Below are positions 9,050-16,644 of a stretch of DNA of 64,000 bases, in pieces. The notes beneath the pieces were generated by a model. The model saw only the letters and a list, made by a program, of their open reading frames with translations, did no database searches and had not been told where the DNA came from. The stretch is from an uncultured virus (IMG/VR IMGVR_UViG_3300025109_000006) (Duplodnaviria > Heunggongvirae > Uroviricota > Caudoviricetes). The position numbers and the translations under genes were made by a program. The number at the start of each line of letters is the position of its first letter. The first letter of the stretch is position 1. The DNA lies in the IMG/VR virus record IMGVR_UViG_3300025109_000006, one strand, 5' to 3'.

Positions 9050-9311
9050 GAGGCATGTCGTTCCAATAGATGCCTCATCATTCCAGCCCCTACCTATCCC
9101 CACCTGGGCGTACCCGAACCCACCACTCCCCACCAGACCATGTCCTGCTTCCCTTTGATTTACCCACGCCCGGTCGAACCAAGCCTATCCGATCCGAGCC
9201 TGACCTGACCCGACCTAGCCACGCCTTGCTTCCCTTTAGTTTACTCCCGCCCCACCCCGACATCCCGTACCTAGTCAGACCAGTCCTTGCCTTACCCAAC
9301 CAAGCCCTCAC
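9050..9311. repeat. Array of three pentamer-periodic units (81-nt spacing) with conserved linkers; candidate guide RNA array
   Basis: GAGGCAT/ATGCCTC hairpin 9050-9076; NN-DCC runs at 9080-9144, 9166-9225 and 9247-9306; linker TGCTTCCCTTTRRTTTAC at 9146 and 9227. Confidence 0.9.
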
Positions 9312-9320
9312 CGGAGATGA

Positions 9321-9551
9321 ATGATGGCCCATATCTACAACGTGATTCGAGAATGGTCACAAGACAACGGCACTCAGGTCAACGTACTTGCAGTGTTCAC
9401 ACTCCTTAGTGACGCCCAGGATGCCGCAAATGCAGCGGCCACGTACGGCGGAGACGACGAAGACCGTGGCCATGTGGACATTATGAAGTACGCAGTAAAC
9501 CCTGAACATGTCGGCTGGATGAATGATGCAGGCACACGGATAGGGAGGTGA
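9321..9551 (+). CDS. Small hypothetical protein
   Basis: GGAG RBS at the end of the array. Confidence 0.7.
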   Translation: MMAHIYNVIREWSQDNGTQVNVLAVFTLLSDAQDAANAAATYGGDDEDRGHVDIMKYAVNPEHVGWMNDAGTRIGR

Positions 9552-9773
9552 ATGATGGAAGACAAAGAACGCCATCCATTAGAGTGTGAGTATGACCCAG
9601 GCAAAGTCCACCGCTTCACAAGCATGTGGGACAAGCACTGCTGGGGGGACGCTGCCTCAAGACGAGGCATGTCACTGGAAGAATATGTCAGAGACGCTCT
9701 TGAAGAAGAACGAATCGGTGCTGCCGAGGCAGGCCAATGGCGACGGGACAATGATCCCGACTGGAGGTATTGA
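9552..9773 (+). CDS. Small hypothetical protein (possible ribbon-helix-helix-like segment)
   Basis: GGAGG RBS; AASRRGMSLEEYVRDALEE. Confidence 0.65.
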   Translation: MMEDKERHPLECEYDPGKVHRFTSMWDKHCWGDAASRRGMSLEEYVRDALEEERIGAAEAGQWRRDNDPDWRY

Positions 9774-10162
9774 TGCCATACACAAGCGTATACTCCTCAC
9801 CAGAGGAAGCCTTCGAGATTCGCATCCAGTGTACCGAAGAAGAGATTCAGGCCCACTGTGACGCCGCACCAGAGAACGACCGCCGCGACTTCGACAACAA
9901 GGGTGGCCTGACAGTGCCCGTCTACCACGTCTACAAGAACGGTGAACTCAGCAATCGCATGACCTATTGGTACACGCTGGACGAGGAAGAGAACGACGAG
10001 TTCGAGTTCGACATCCGTATGCTACCCAACTTCAAAGAGATCTACGACCACGGAGTTGTCCACGACTTCGTAGACAAGGCGGGTGACCTCCTTCAATACG
10101 CACTTGACCACAAGCTCGTGAGCTTCTGCAATAGCATCCTAACCAAACCACCCAAGGATTAA
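9770..10162 (+). CDS. Acidic hypothetical protein
   Basis: GGAGG RBS; operon packing. Confidence 0.7.
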   Translation: MMPYTSVYSSPEEAFEIRIQCTEEEIQAHCDAAPENDRRDFDNKGGLTVPVYHVYKNGELSNRMTYWYTLDEEENDEFEFDIRMLPNFKEIYDHGVVHDFVDKAGDLLQYALDHKLVSFCNSILTKPPKD

Positions 10163-10164
10163 TC

Positions 10165-10371
10165 ATGAGTAATCTACTTGAATACATGAAAACCGTAGAG
10201 GGAACCCACCAGTTCCGTACTCCTACCGTAGAGGATGACAACATCTTGGCGCTTCGCGTCACCGAGGAAGGAATCATCATCGACATTGAGGATGAGTCTG
10301 GTGAGGTGATTCATTCCTCCTACCAGTTCTGGTCTGACCTAGAGGACATAGCAACAGGTGGTGAGTCATGA
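10165..10371 (+). CDS. Small acidic hypothetical protein
   Basis: AAGGA RBS; operon packing. Confidence 0.7.
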   Translation: MSNLLEYMKTVEGTHQFRTPTVEDDNILALRVTEEGIIIDIEDESGEVIHSSYQFWSDLEDIATGGES

Positions 10372-10631
10372 GGCGCGTAGGTACATCACACACAATACAA
10401 CTCATCCGTACGATTGAGATCGAAGTGGATATCACAGTATACCCTGAGTATGGCGAGATTGAACTCCAAACCGCCATCAATTGTTCGACAGGCAACTCCA
10501 TCGACCTCACTGACGATGAGATTGACCACATCAACGAGACCGCATTGTCTGAGTTCGTACAAGGCTTGGCAGATGCAGAAGCTGACGCCAAAGAAGATGA
10601 ACGTAAGCTTGATGAATATGATGAACGATAA
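10368..10631 (+). CDS. Small acidic hypothetical protein
   Basis: ATGA overlap. Confidence 0.7.
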   Translation: MRRVGTSHTIQLIRTIEIEVDITVYPEYGEIELQTAINCSTGNSIDLTDDEIDHINETALSEFVQGLADAEADAKEDERKLDEYDER

Positions 10632-10642
10632 GGAGGTACATC

Positions 10643-10918
10643 ATGACAGGCCGCATCACAGCAGGACAGATCACCCTCCATCTCGCCCCTGACGAGGAGC
10701 CCTACAATGAGTACGCCAAGGTGGGGATTGTCGCGAGAGCCGTGATCAACGGCTACCTCATACAGTCAACGGGTGTGTGGGGCATCGAATGTCCTGATCT
10801 CGTAGCTGGGTGTCCAATCCCCGAAGATAGCTGGGTGATTGGCGACTACGGAAACGACCAGATCAGCGAACTCCAAGCCATAATCGACGTTCTTATCAAC
10901 ACAGGAGACCAATCATGA
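10643..10918 (+). CDS. Hypothetical protein
   Basis: AAGGAGG RBS. Confidence 0.7.
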   Translation: MTGRITAGQITLHLAPDEEPYNEYAKVGIVARAVINGYLIQSTGVWGIECPDLVAGCPIPEDSWVIGDYGNDQISELQAIIDVLINTGDQS

Positions 10919-11166
10919 GCGACCCAACTGAAACAATACGACGAGCACTTGTTGCTGAGATCAACCGCGACCCGAACGGACGCGAGGCTCTCGAAGCCAG
11001 GCACGGCCAGGTCTGGGACACAGGTGAGATGACCACAGACTTCTCAGTCTCACACTTCTTTGCCCCATTCATCTTTGTCACCCGCAGGTCAGACCGAGCC
11101 ACGGGTTCGCTAACATTCCAGCACCACCCACGGTTCTACTTCTCCTTCCAACCCGACGAGGCATAG
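10915..11166 (+). CDS. Conserved-type hypothetical protein
   Basis: AGGAG RBS; GQVWDT...GSLTFQHHPRFYF motif. Confidence 0.75.
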   Translation: MSDPTETIRRALVAEINRDPNGREALEARHGQVWDTGEMTTDFSVSHFFAPFIFVTRRSDRATGSLTFQHHPRFYFSFQPDEA

Positions 11167-11167
11167 T

Positions 11168-11359
11168 ATGGAAAACACACAAGCAAATCGAAAACTGATC
11201 GCTCGTATGACGATGGATACCTTCACCCCTCAAGAGATGGACGAGGCATTGTTATATGAATTGTGCGAACGATACAAACGCGAGCCGCGCCTATTCGAGT
11301 CCGCCGTTTTTGCACATGAACGTTTAGCCAGCGCCCAGGCCGACGAGGTTTCACCATGA
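11168..11359 (+). CDS. Small hypothetical protein
   Basis: GAGG RBS; operon packing. Confidence 0.6.
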   Translation: MENTQANRKLIARMTMDTFTPQEMDEALLYELCERYKREPRLFESAVFAHERLASAQADEVSP

Positions 11360-11607
11360 ATGATGCCCTATACGAACACGTCCGAATGCTTCTTCATACA
11401 GTCGACTGGGATGAGGACGCTAGCGACACAGAAATAATGAACGCCATTGACTGGCGGGGTTTACGCGCAGCCTTTGCTAGGGCGACGGTAAACCCAGATA
11501 CCTACTGCCCCGACTGCAACGGCACAGGGGAACCACTACCAGATGGCGCAGACCACGAGGAATACTCAAGGTGTGGAAACTGCAAAGGCTGGACACACGA
11601 AGGATGA
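11356..11607 (+). CDS. Small protein with DnaJ-type CxxCxGxG zinc finger
   Basis: CPDCNGTG and CGNCKG. Confidence 0.7.
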   Translation: MNDALYEHVRMLLHTVDWDEDASDTEIMNAIDWRGLRAAFARATVNPDTYCPDCNGTGEPLPDGADHEEYSRCGNCKGWTHEG

Positions 11608-11621
11608 AGGAAACAAACACT

Positions 11622-11909
11622 ATGTCTGACTCAACTACTCATGCGCTTAAGAACCTGGAGCGGTACAGCGAGCTTGACTCTCGTACTGCCTACATCATCA
11701 AGATTCTCATCCAAGCGGAGCTTCCGTGCCGGGAGTATGACTCTGCGGATTATCTGGATAAGCTGGCCGATGCGGTTCACAACCTGTGGAACCACTTGTG
11801 CCAACTCGACACGTACAACCTTGCAGCGTGGGACATCGGAGTATGGGAGCTTGCCTCTCTGTACGGTGCTGCCAAGAATGCTCGCACATTCCCCCGTGAA
11901 GAGAAATGA
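11622..11909 (+). CDS. Hypothetical protein
   Basis: AAGGA upstream; operon packing. Confidence 0.65.
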   Translation: MSDSTTHALKNLERYSELDSRTAYIIKILIQAELPCREYDSADYLDKLADAVHNLWNHLCQLDTYNLAAWDIGVWELASLYGAAKNARTFPREEK

Positions 11910-12310
11910 TGCGAGTTGAAGTCTATTGGAATCTCCACAAGAAGTGCTGGAGCGTTCGACACAAGGGAAAGGTGATCGCCCATGAACGCCTGGTCGACCT
12001 CATCGATGTCACATGGGTAGTGCAGCCGGCAGGCAACGCCCGAGTGCGTAGAGAGAAGCGCAAGAACGTCCACGCATTCGCACGAGGAACGTTGGCCGAG
12101 GACGGCATCCTCTACTATTGCTCTGACCTCTGTGGTCCGAACAGAGCCCGGTACGACCCATACGAGCACACAACATTCATGCGTGGATTCGACGGGGAAA
12201 CACTCACGACGAGCAACTACGCCCGCCTCACCACATTGACCAACTACATGACAGACGAAAAGAAGCCACGGGCTTACGCCATCGGAGCTTCTGACCCCAC
12301 CCTCCTCTAA
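11906..12310 (+). CDS. Conserved phage hypothetical protein
   Basis: VYWNLHKKCWSVR...RVRREKRKNVHAF...YDPY motif seen in many phage early genes. Confidence 0.8.
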   Translation: MMRVEVYWNLHKKCWSVRHKGKVIAHERLVDLIDVTWVVQPAGNARVRREKRKNVHAFARGTLAEDGILYYCSDLCGPNRARYDPYEHTTFMRGFDGETLTTSNYARLTTLTNYMTDEKKPRAYAIGASDPTLL

Positions 12311-12337
12311 CCCAACCCCAAAGCCTGGAGACCCCAC

Positions 12338-12787
12338 ATGACCCTCGACGCCGTAACCGCACTCGCCCTCGCGAAGTTCGCACAGAATAAAAACGCCACC
12401 CACTTCAAGGCTCACCTTGCCGAAGGCACTTACCCAGTAGACATCACAGTGTCCCTACTTGGTACCCTTACCCGTGGTGCCCCAGGCGTAACGACCCGAC
12501 GAAACGATAGCGGTAGTCGACACATCGTACGCTACCTACTCGACCGCCTGAACGATGTAGAGTTCTCCGTACTGCACAGAGACCTTGCTGACATCCGCAA
12601 AGGCAACTTCGAGGTCAAGTTCCAGCACCAGTATGACGACCGTCTAAACAAGATCATGCCGTACCGAGACATCCCTCGCCAGGGCAGTACTCGCTTCGAC
12701 GGTGAACTCATTGTCGAGAATGTACCGGAAGAACCTACCGCATACTCCGATGTCCTTATGGGTCTCAACATCGTACACAACCAATAG
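12338..12787 (+). CDS. Hypothetical protein
   Basis: GGAG RBS. Confidence 0.75.
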   Translation: MTLDAVTALALAKFAQNKNATHFKAHLAEGTYPVDITVSLLGTLTRGAPGVTTRRNDSGSRHIVRYLLDRLNDVEFSVLHRDLADIRKGNFEVKFQHQYDDRLNKIMPYRDIPRQGSTRFDGELIVENVPEEPTAYSDVLMGLNIVHNQ

Positions 12788-12798
12788 CAGGTACCATC

Positions 12799-13047
12799 AT
12801 GCAAACCTATTCCCTTTACTGGACTGACATCTCCGGTACAGATCATACTGAGTTTCGTTTCGAACCAATGCCACGAGTCAAGGAGGCATTGTCCCGCTTG
12901 CTCACCGGCCCAGGTCGTATGGTCGTGAAGGAAATCAAAGTAGTCGACGCACTCGACTGCCTCTGTTTCCATTCCATCGACGGCGTACCTATTGGTCCCG
13001 ACGGAAACCCAATGCCACCCCAGGAGAAAACTAATGCCAACCTTTGA
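12799..13047 (+). CDS. Small hypothetical protein
   Basis: AGGT RBS; operon packing. Confidence 0.6.
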   Translation: MQTYSLYWTDISGTDHTEFRFEPMPRVKEALSRLLTGPGRMVVKEIKVVDALDCLCFHSIDGVPIGPDGNPMPPQEKTNANL

Positions 13048-13249
13048 AGTCTGTTGCGTAGCAACAATAGAGATAATGGCCACGTTCGAGGCCCCCAACC
13101 GCGAGGCCGCCGACTCATTAGCAAGCGACATCACCGTCGTGAACTATGCCAACAACACTATCGGTGCCGAAACATATGAAGGCGAAGTCAACCAAGTGGT
13201 TGGCCACGAGATTCATGAGGTCCATTCCGTGACGGAGGTTGAGTCATGA
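13034..13249 (+). CDS. Small hypothetical protein
   Basis: AGGAG RBS before ATG 13034. Confidence 0.65.
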   Translation: MPTFEVCCVATIEIMATFEAPNREAADSLASDITVVNYANNTIGAETYEGEVNQVVGHEIHEVHSVTEVES

Positions 13250-13497
13250 AGAACGAAGACATCACAATCCACGGAGGCCCAGGAGCTTTCGCGCCAGGTC
13301 TCATGGACTGGTGCATGGGTTGCACCAAAACAACATTCGATAACGAGGCTCGCGACATAGCTGCACGGATGTTCGCATTGGCCGGATTCATGCCCGAGAT
13401 ACCCGCCGGTCTCCTTAGACGAATCGCTGACCGCGAGGTGACCTACACAGTCGACGAAGAAGCCAACACCATAACCCTACACAGGAGTGCCTCATGA
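13246..13497 (+). CDS. Small hypothetical protein
   Basis: GGAGG RBS; ATGA overlap. Confidence 0.65.
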   Translation: MKNEDITIHGGPGAFAPGLMDWCMGCTKTTFDNEARDIAARMFALAGFMPEIPAGLLRRIADREVTYTVDEEANTITLHRSAS

Positions 13498-13697
13498 CCA
13501 ACCAAACCCCACCCTTAAAGGAATTACTAACCATAAAAAAATGGATGGAGTTTATGTCTCAACCTGGCCCCAAGGCTGAGATCAACGGCGAACCACAACC
13601 CTACCCAGAACAGGGCCGCAAAACAGCCAAGGCAAATTTGGTGAAGGTCAATGAACTGATTGCCAAGCTTTACCCCGAACACGATGCAAAGGAGTAA
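13494..13697 (+). CDS. Small hypothetical protein
   Basis: AGGAG RBS; ATGA overlap. Confidence 0.65.
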   Translation: MTNQTPPLKELLTIKKWMEFMSQPGPKAEINGEPQPYPEQGRKTAKANLVKVNELIAKLYPEHDAKE

Positions 13698-13700
13698 CCC

Positions 13701-14006
13701 GTGTTCCACATGATCACAGACAACATCGAGGCCTATCGACGGGCCGTACAAGACACGACCATCGCATCGAACGCAGACATCACATCTGCCGGAAACGGCT
13801 TCAGAGACCCTGACCTGTACCAGAACCTATGCGACTGCAAAGAAGAGGAACGCATTCGCTACGAAGGATTGATTTCTGTGATCATGATGGAGATCAAAGC
13901 AGCTGCAGCCGAACAGCCCCACAACCCATTCAGTATCAACGACGATGTCAACCAACCCGACCAACCCCCCATTCGAACTGGCCCACCACCAAGGAGAGAA
14001 AAATGA
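13701..14006 (+). CDS. Hypothetical protein
   Basis: AAGGAG RBS; GTG start. Confidence 0.65.
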   Translation: MFHMITDNIEAYRRAVQDTTIASNADITSAGNGFRDPDLYQNLCDCKEEERIRYEGLISVIMMEIKAAAAEQPHNPFSINDDVNQPDQPPIRTGPPPRREK

Positions 14007-14287
14007 CTTTCGCAAGCCACCAACTCGAGGTCGCCCCCGTGACCAAGACCATTCGGTTCACGCCACCGTTGGCTGAACTCATAGCTAAGGTCATTGACCA
14101 CGCCCTCACCTCCGAGGCCTCTATCGACCTCACAACAGAAGAAGGTGATGTCTTAGCGCAACTGTCTAAGGTACTCATGGATGATGGACGTGGTCCTGGT
14201 AGCTCTGATCCATACACTCAGGAACAGGACGACCACATCACATCCGGGGAAGTGGAGATCATCAATGATAATTTATGTACTGGATGA
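14003..14287 (+). CDS. Hypothetical protein
   Basis: AAGGAG RBS before ATG 14003. Confidence 0.6.
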   Translation: MTFASHQLEVAPVTKTIRFTPPLAELIAKVIDHALTSEASIDLTTEEGDVLAQLSKVLMDDGRGPGSSDPYTQEQDDHITSGEVEIINDNLCTG

Positions 14288-14507
14288 CGGTGAGACTTGG
14301 ACCCTCAGTGAGCCAACACCCGTCGCCGTGACCCCAGAACAACTCACCCGGATTGAGGGTGGGGAGAAGGTCTACAACGTGTTCCCAGACTGGGACAAGC
14401 TCCACCCCCCATGCAACTGCGTGACGTGCACGAAAGAGCGCCAACAAAACTACCTTATCATCAAGGCCCAGAAGGAGGCCGCATTCTCCGAGGAGACACC
14501 TGAATGA
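14265..14507 (+). CDS. Hypothetical protein
   Basis: GGAG RBS before ATG 14265. Confidence 0.6.
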   Translation: MIIYVLDDGETWTLSEPTPVAVTPEQLTRIEGGEKVYNVFPDWDKLHPPCNCVTCTKERQQNYLIIKAQKEAAFSEETPE

Positions 14508-15202
14508 AAATGCTTTGGAGACCCACATCGGGAAACAAAAAGACCGGCAACATCCCCCAAGGATACGTCGGCGAAACTAAAGAACAAACAGAAGCGTCGT
14601 GCGCTGGGTGCAGTTGGCGCCGTAAGGACCCGGAGACCGGGACAGGAGGTGGATGCTATTATTGGCAGGGCCAAACGCAGGGTGCCCATCAGTCAATGCG
14701 TGTACGTGAACGTCAGCACCCTGACGAGTACACGCTCGACTACGTAATGCAGAACGCACGCCGAGCCGCTCACTACGCCAGGGCCGCAGTCGGCGGTGAC
14801 CCAAACGTCTTTCATCAAGACGAGGTACAGGAATGGCACGACCGCATCCGTTTCTACTACGGACTCAAGGGCCTCCTCATCTACACACACTTCTTCAAGA
14901 CAAAGGGCGCCCACCTCAAAGGACTCGCCATGGCATCATGCGACACGCTCGCAGAGGCCGACGAGGCAGTCGACGCAGGCTGGAGGGCCGCAGTCACCAT
15001 CACTTCCCACAAAGCACCAGGCGCCAACAAACCACAGATCCGAAAGATGCAGGAGTGGGACGGCCAACAATACACCACCCCCAAGGGGCGTCCGGTAGTC
15101 TTATGCCCTGCCCAGGTCGGCAAACGCGACTGCAACACATGTGGATTGTGCAACCCCAAGTCCCATGAACGGGTACCCATCATCGGATTCCTGCAGCATT
15201 AG
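14504..15202 (+). CDS. Cys-rich phage protein (gp88/DUF7227-like, putative Fe-S or Zn binding)
   Basis: SGNKKTG, SCAGC...GCY, GD, YTH, CPAQ...CNTCGLC and terminal IGFLQH motifs. Confidence 0.7.
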   Translation: MKMLWRPTSGNKKTGNIPQGYVGETKEQTEASCAGCSWRRKDPETGTGGGCYYWQGQTQGAHQSMRVRERQHPDEYTLDYVMQNARRAAHYARAAVGGDPNVFHQDEVQEWHDRIRFYYGLKGLLIYTHFFKTKGAHLKGLAMASCDTLAEADEAVDAGWRAAVTITSHKAPGANKPQIRKMQEWDGQQYTTPKGRPVVLCPAQVGKRDCNTCGLCNPKSHERVPIIGFLQH

Positions 15203-15211
15203 CCACAACAT

Positions 15212-15240
15212 TTGACACCGTGATCCTCTCACGGTATCTA
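15212..15240 (+). promoter_or_regulatory. Sigma70-type promoter
   Basis: TTGACA-N17-TATCTA; spacer is an inverted repeat (ACCGTGA/TCACGGT). Confidence 0.6.
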
Positions 15241-15246
15241 TATCGG

Positions 15247-15340
15247 GACCATTAATTTTGGTCAGTCCGAAACATCTGGGGCTTGCCCCACTACGCCCGT
15301 CTGGTCTTTTTCACTTCCGCCAGTCGGGCGTTTTCTTTTT
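15247..15340 (+). ncRNA. Candidate ~95-nt small RNA
   Basis: Lies between a promoter and a terminator-like hairpin; internal hairpins GACCA/TGGTC and TGGGGC/GCCCCA; no credible ORF. Confidence 0.4.
15293..15340 (+). terminator. Intrinsic terminator at the end of the early block
   Basis: ACGCCCG.CTGG / CCAG.CGGGCGT stem followed by TTTCTTTTT. Confidence 0.6.
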
Positions 15341-15716
15341 ACTTCAGCTCTCGCCGTTTCCCAATCGCCTCCCCACAACCATGGCCCATCTCTATTTGCG
15401 CCTCTCCATCATCCTTCTCCCCACCATTGGCTTTCTTCAAATCGGTCAACTCGCCGCCCATTTCCTCGGCAACTGCCAAAAGCTGTTCTGCAAATGCCTC
15501 TTGGTTTTCAGCCCCCTCTGCAATTTGCTTCGCCATCTCCCTCAACTTCTCTGCAGGTGATCCCCCATCGGTCAACTGCGCTTCGGGTTTGTCGGAATGC
15601 CCGAGAATCATCTCTTTACGCACGGCGCCGAACCCAGGCCCTGAGAAGTCTGGCATCTCTTCCCCTGCTGCCTCACGACGTGCGATGATTAAAAGCTGTG
15701 GTTGTGAACTGTGCAT
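15339..15716 (-). CDS. Acidic hypothetical protein
   Basis: GAGGGAG RBS; Glu-rich helical sequence. Confidence 0.65.
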   Translation of the reverse strand: MHSSQPQLLIIARREAAGEEMPDFSGPGFGAVRKEMILGHSDKPEAQLTDGGSPAEKLREMAKQIAEGAENQEAFAEQLLAVAEEMGGELTDLKKANGGEKDDGEAQIEMGHGCGEAIGKRRELK

Positions 15717-15762
15717 GGCGGATCTCCCTCGATTTACCCTAACACATTTTTACCCGCTAGTT

Positions 15763-16320
15763 TTAGCTCTCGCTTTTCACTACTCCGCCAGCAACTATAC
15801 GGGCAAGCCGTTCGTCGAAGTCTATATCAACTGTCAGACCAACCGCTGCATTGTTCCCGCCAGTCGCAGGAGTAATGCCACACCGATCAAGGATTGCTTC
15901 TGAAGCTTTAACCCTGTCTCTCGGCTGTGCTCCAACATCATTGGCCACATCCAACAGCGTTCCTAATGCTTGTTCTGCGGCTTCTTCTAACCCTTGCCCG
16001 AGCACGTTGCGTCGATGCTCTGCCCCTGCCGCAATCGCCTGGGAAACCATGGGCTCCTTCGACCAGGACCAGACGGTGGAGGATCTCAATCCTAACCGTC
16101 GCGCAGTATCCTTTACTGTGTACCCAGAGTTAAGCAGTCGAGTAGCTACGGCTTTCATCTCAGGCTCATCATTGAACCGTGCTTGCTCTGCCAGCATAGC
16201 CGCAACCTCTTGTTCACCTGCAGGAACAACTGACGTTGGCACTAGATGTAGTGGTTGGTTCGCTGGGGCAGCACTACCCGTAGTGTCAGGAGGAAGATCA
16301 TCAATCGTTTCGTCGCTCAT
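15763..16320 (-). CDS. HTH protein, putative terminase small subunit
   Basis: HTH VKDTARRLGLRSSTVWSW plus RVKASEAILDRCG motif common in TerS-like proteins. Confidence 0.6.
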   Translation of the reverse strand: MSDETIDDLPPDTTGSAAPANQPLHLVPTSVVPAGEQEVAAMLAEQARFNDEPEMKAVATRLLNSGYTVKDTARRLGLRSSTVWSWSKEPMVSQAIAAGAEHRRNVLGQGLEEAAEQALGTLLDVANDVGAQPRDRVKASEAILDRCGITPATGGNNAAVGLTVDIDFDERLARIVAGGVVKSES

Positions 16321-16381
16321 ATTGGAAGTCTACCTGGTTTGCTCAGAGGGTACCACAGCGCAACTACAATGTCGTTAACGC

Positions 16382-16410
16382 TTGACACATACATACCACT
16401 GCGGTATCTT
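16382..16410 (+). promoter_or_regulatory. Sigma70-type promoter
   Basis: TTGACA-N17-TATCTT upstream of the gene at 16426. Confidence 0.65.
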
Positions 16411-16425
16411 TTATTGAGGTGACCT

Positions 16426-16644
16426 ATGGCTCGTAACACATTCAATCCTGCGCCCCTACCTGAACCAGTCTTAACTGAGTTGGGTCGATTTAAAGCTTAT
16501 AATATAACCAGAACTGCCATTGGCTATCGCCCACTTGCTGAAGTCTCATGTGCTTCATGCGGTAAGTGGCACGGCCCAACCTGGCCAACGGTTGAGAACC
16601 TACGCAAGTTATGTAACCGTGGCCATTGCTGGGGTTGCTTCTAA
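16426..16644 (+). CDS. Small zinc-finger protein
   Basis: GAGGTG RBS; CASC...H...C...HCWGC. Confidence 0.65.
   Translation: MARNTFNPAPLPEPVLTELGRFKAYNITRTAIGYRPLAEVSCASCGKWHGPTWPTVENLRKLCNRGHCWGCF

Noticed and set aside
9166..9230. Unit 2 + strand decode (TR[DE][KN]Y[DE][DE][CW][CW]RYT) resembling the SufD-type WRYT motif
   Set aside because: Spacing does not fit well; likely coincidence
7764..9306. Self-targets of the decoded units within this window
   Set aside because: None noticed when comparing decoded peptides with the ORF translations; not exhaustive, needs a computed gapped search
9050..9311. Canonical CRISPR array
   Set aside because: Only two 18-nt linkers, and the intervening sequence is itself 5-nt periodic rather than random spacer
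9070..9332. ORFs 9070..9324 (+) and 9090..9332 (-), and the N-terminal extension of ORF 7723..8409
   Set aside because: Pro-rich or Gly/Arg-rich translations are by-products of the pentamer repeats; the good RBS is at 7848, supporting a start at 7858
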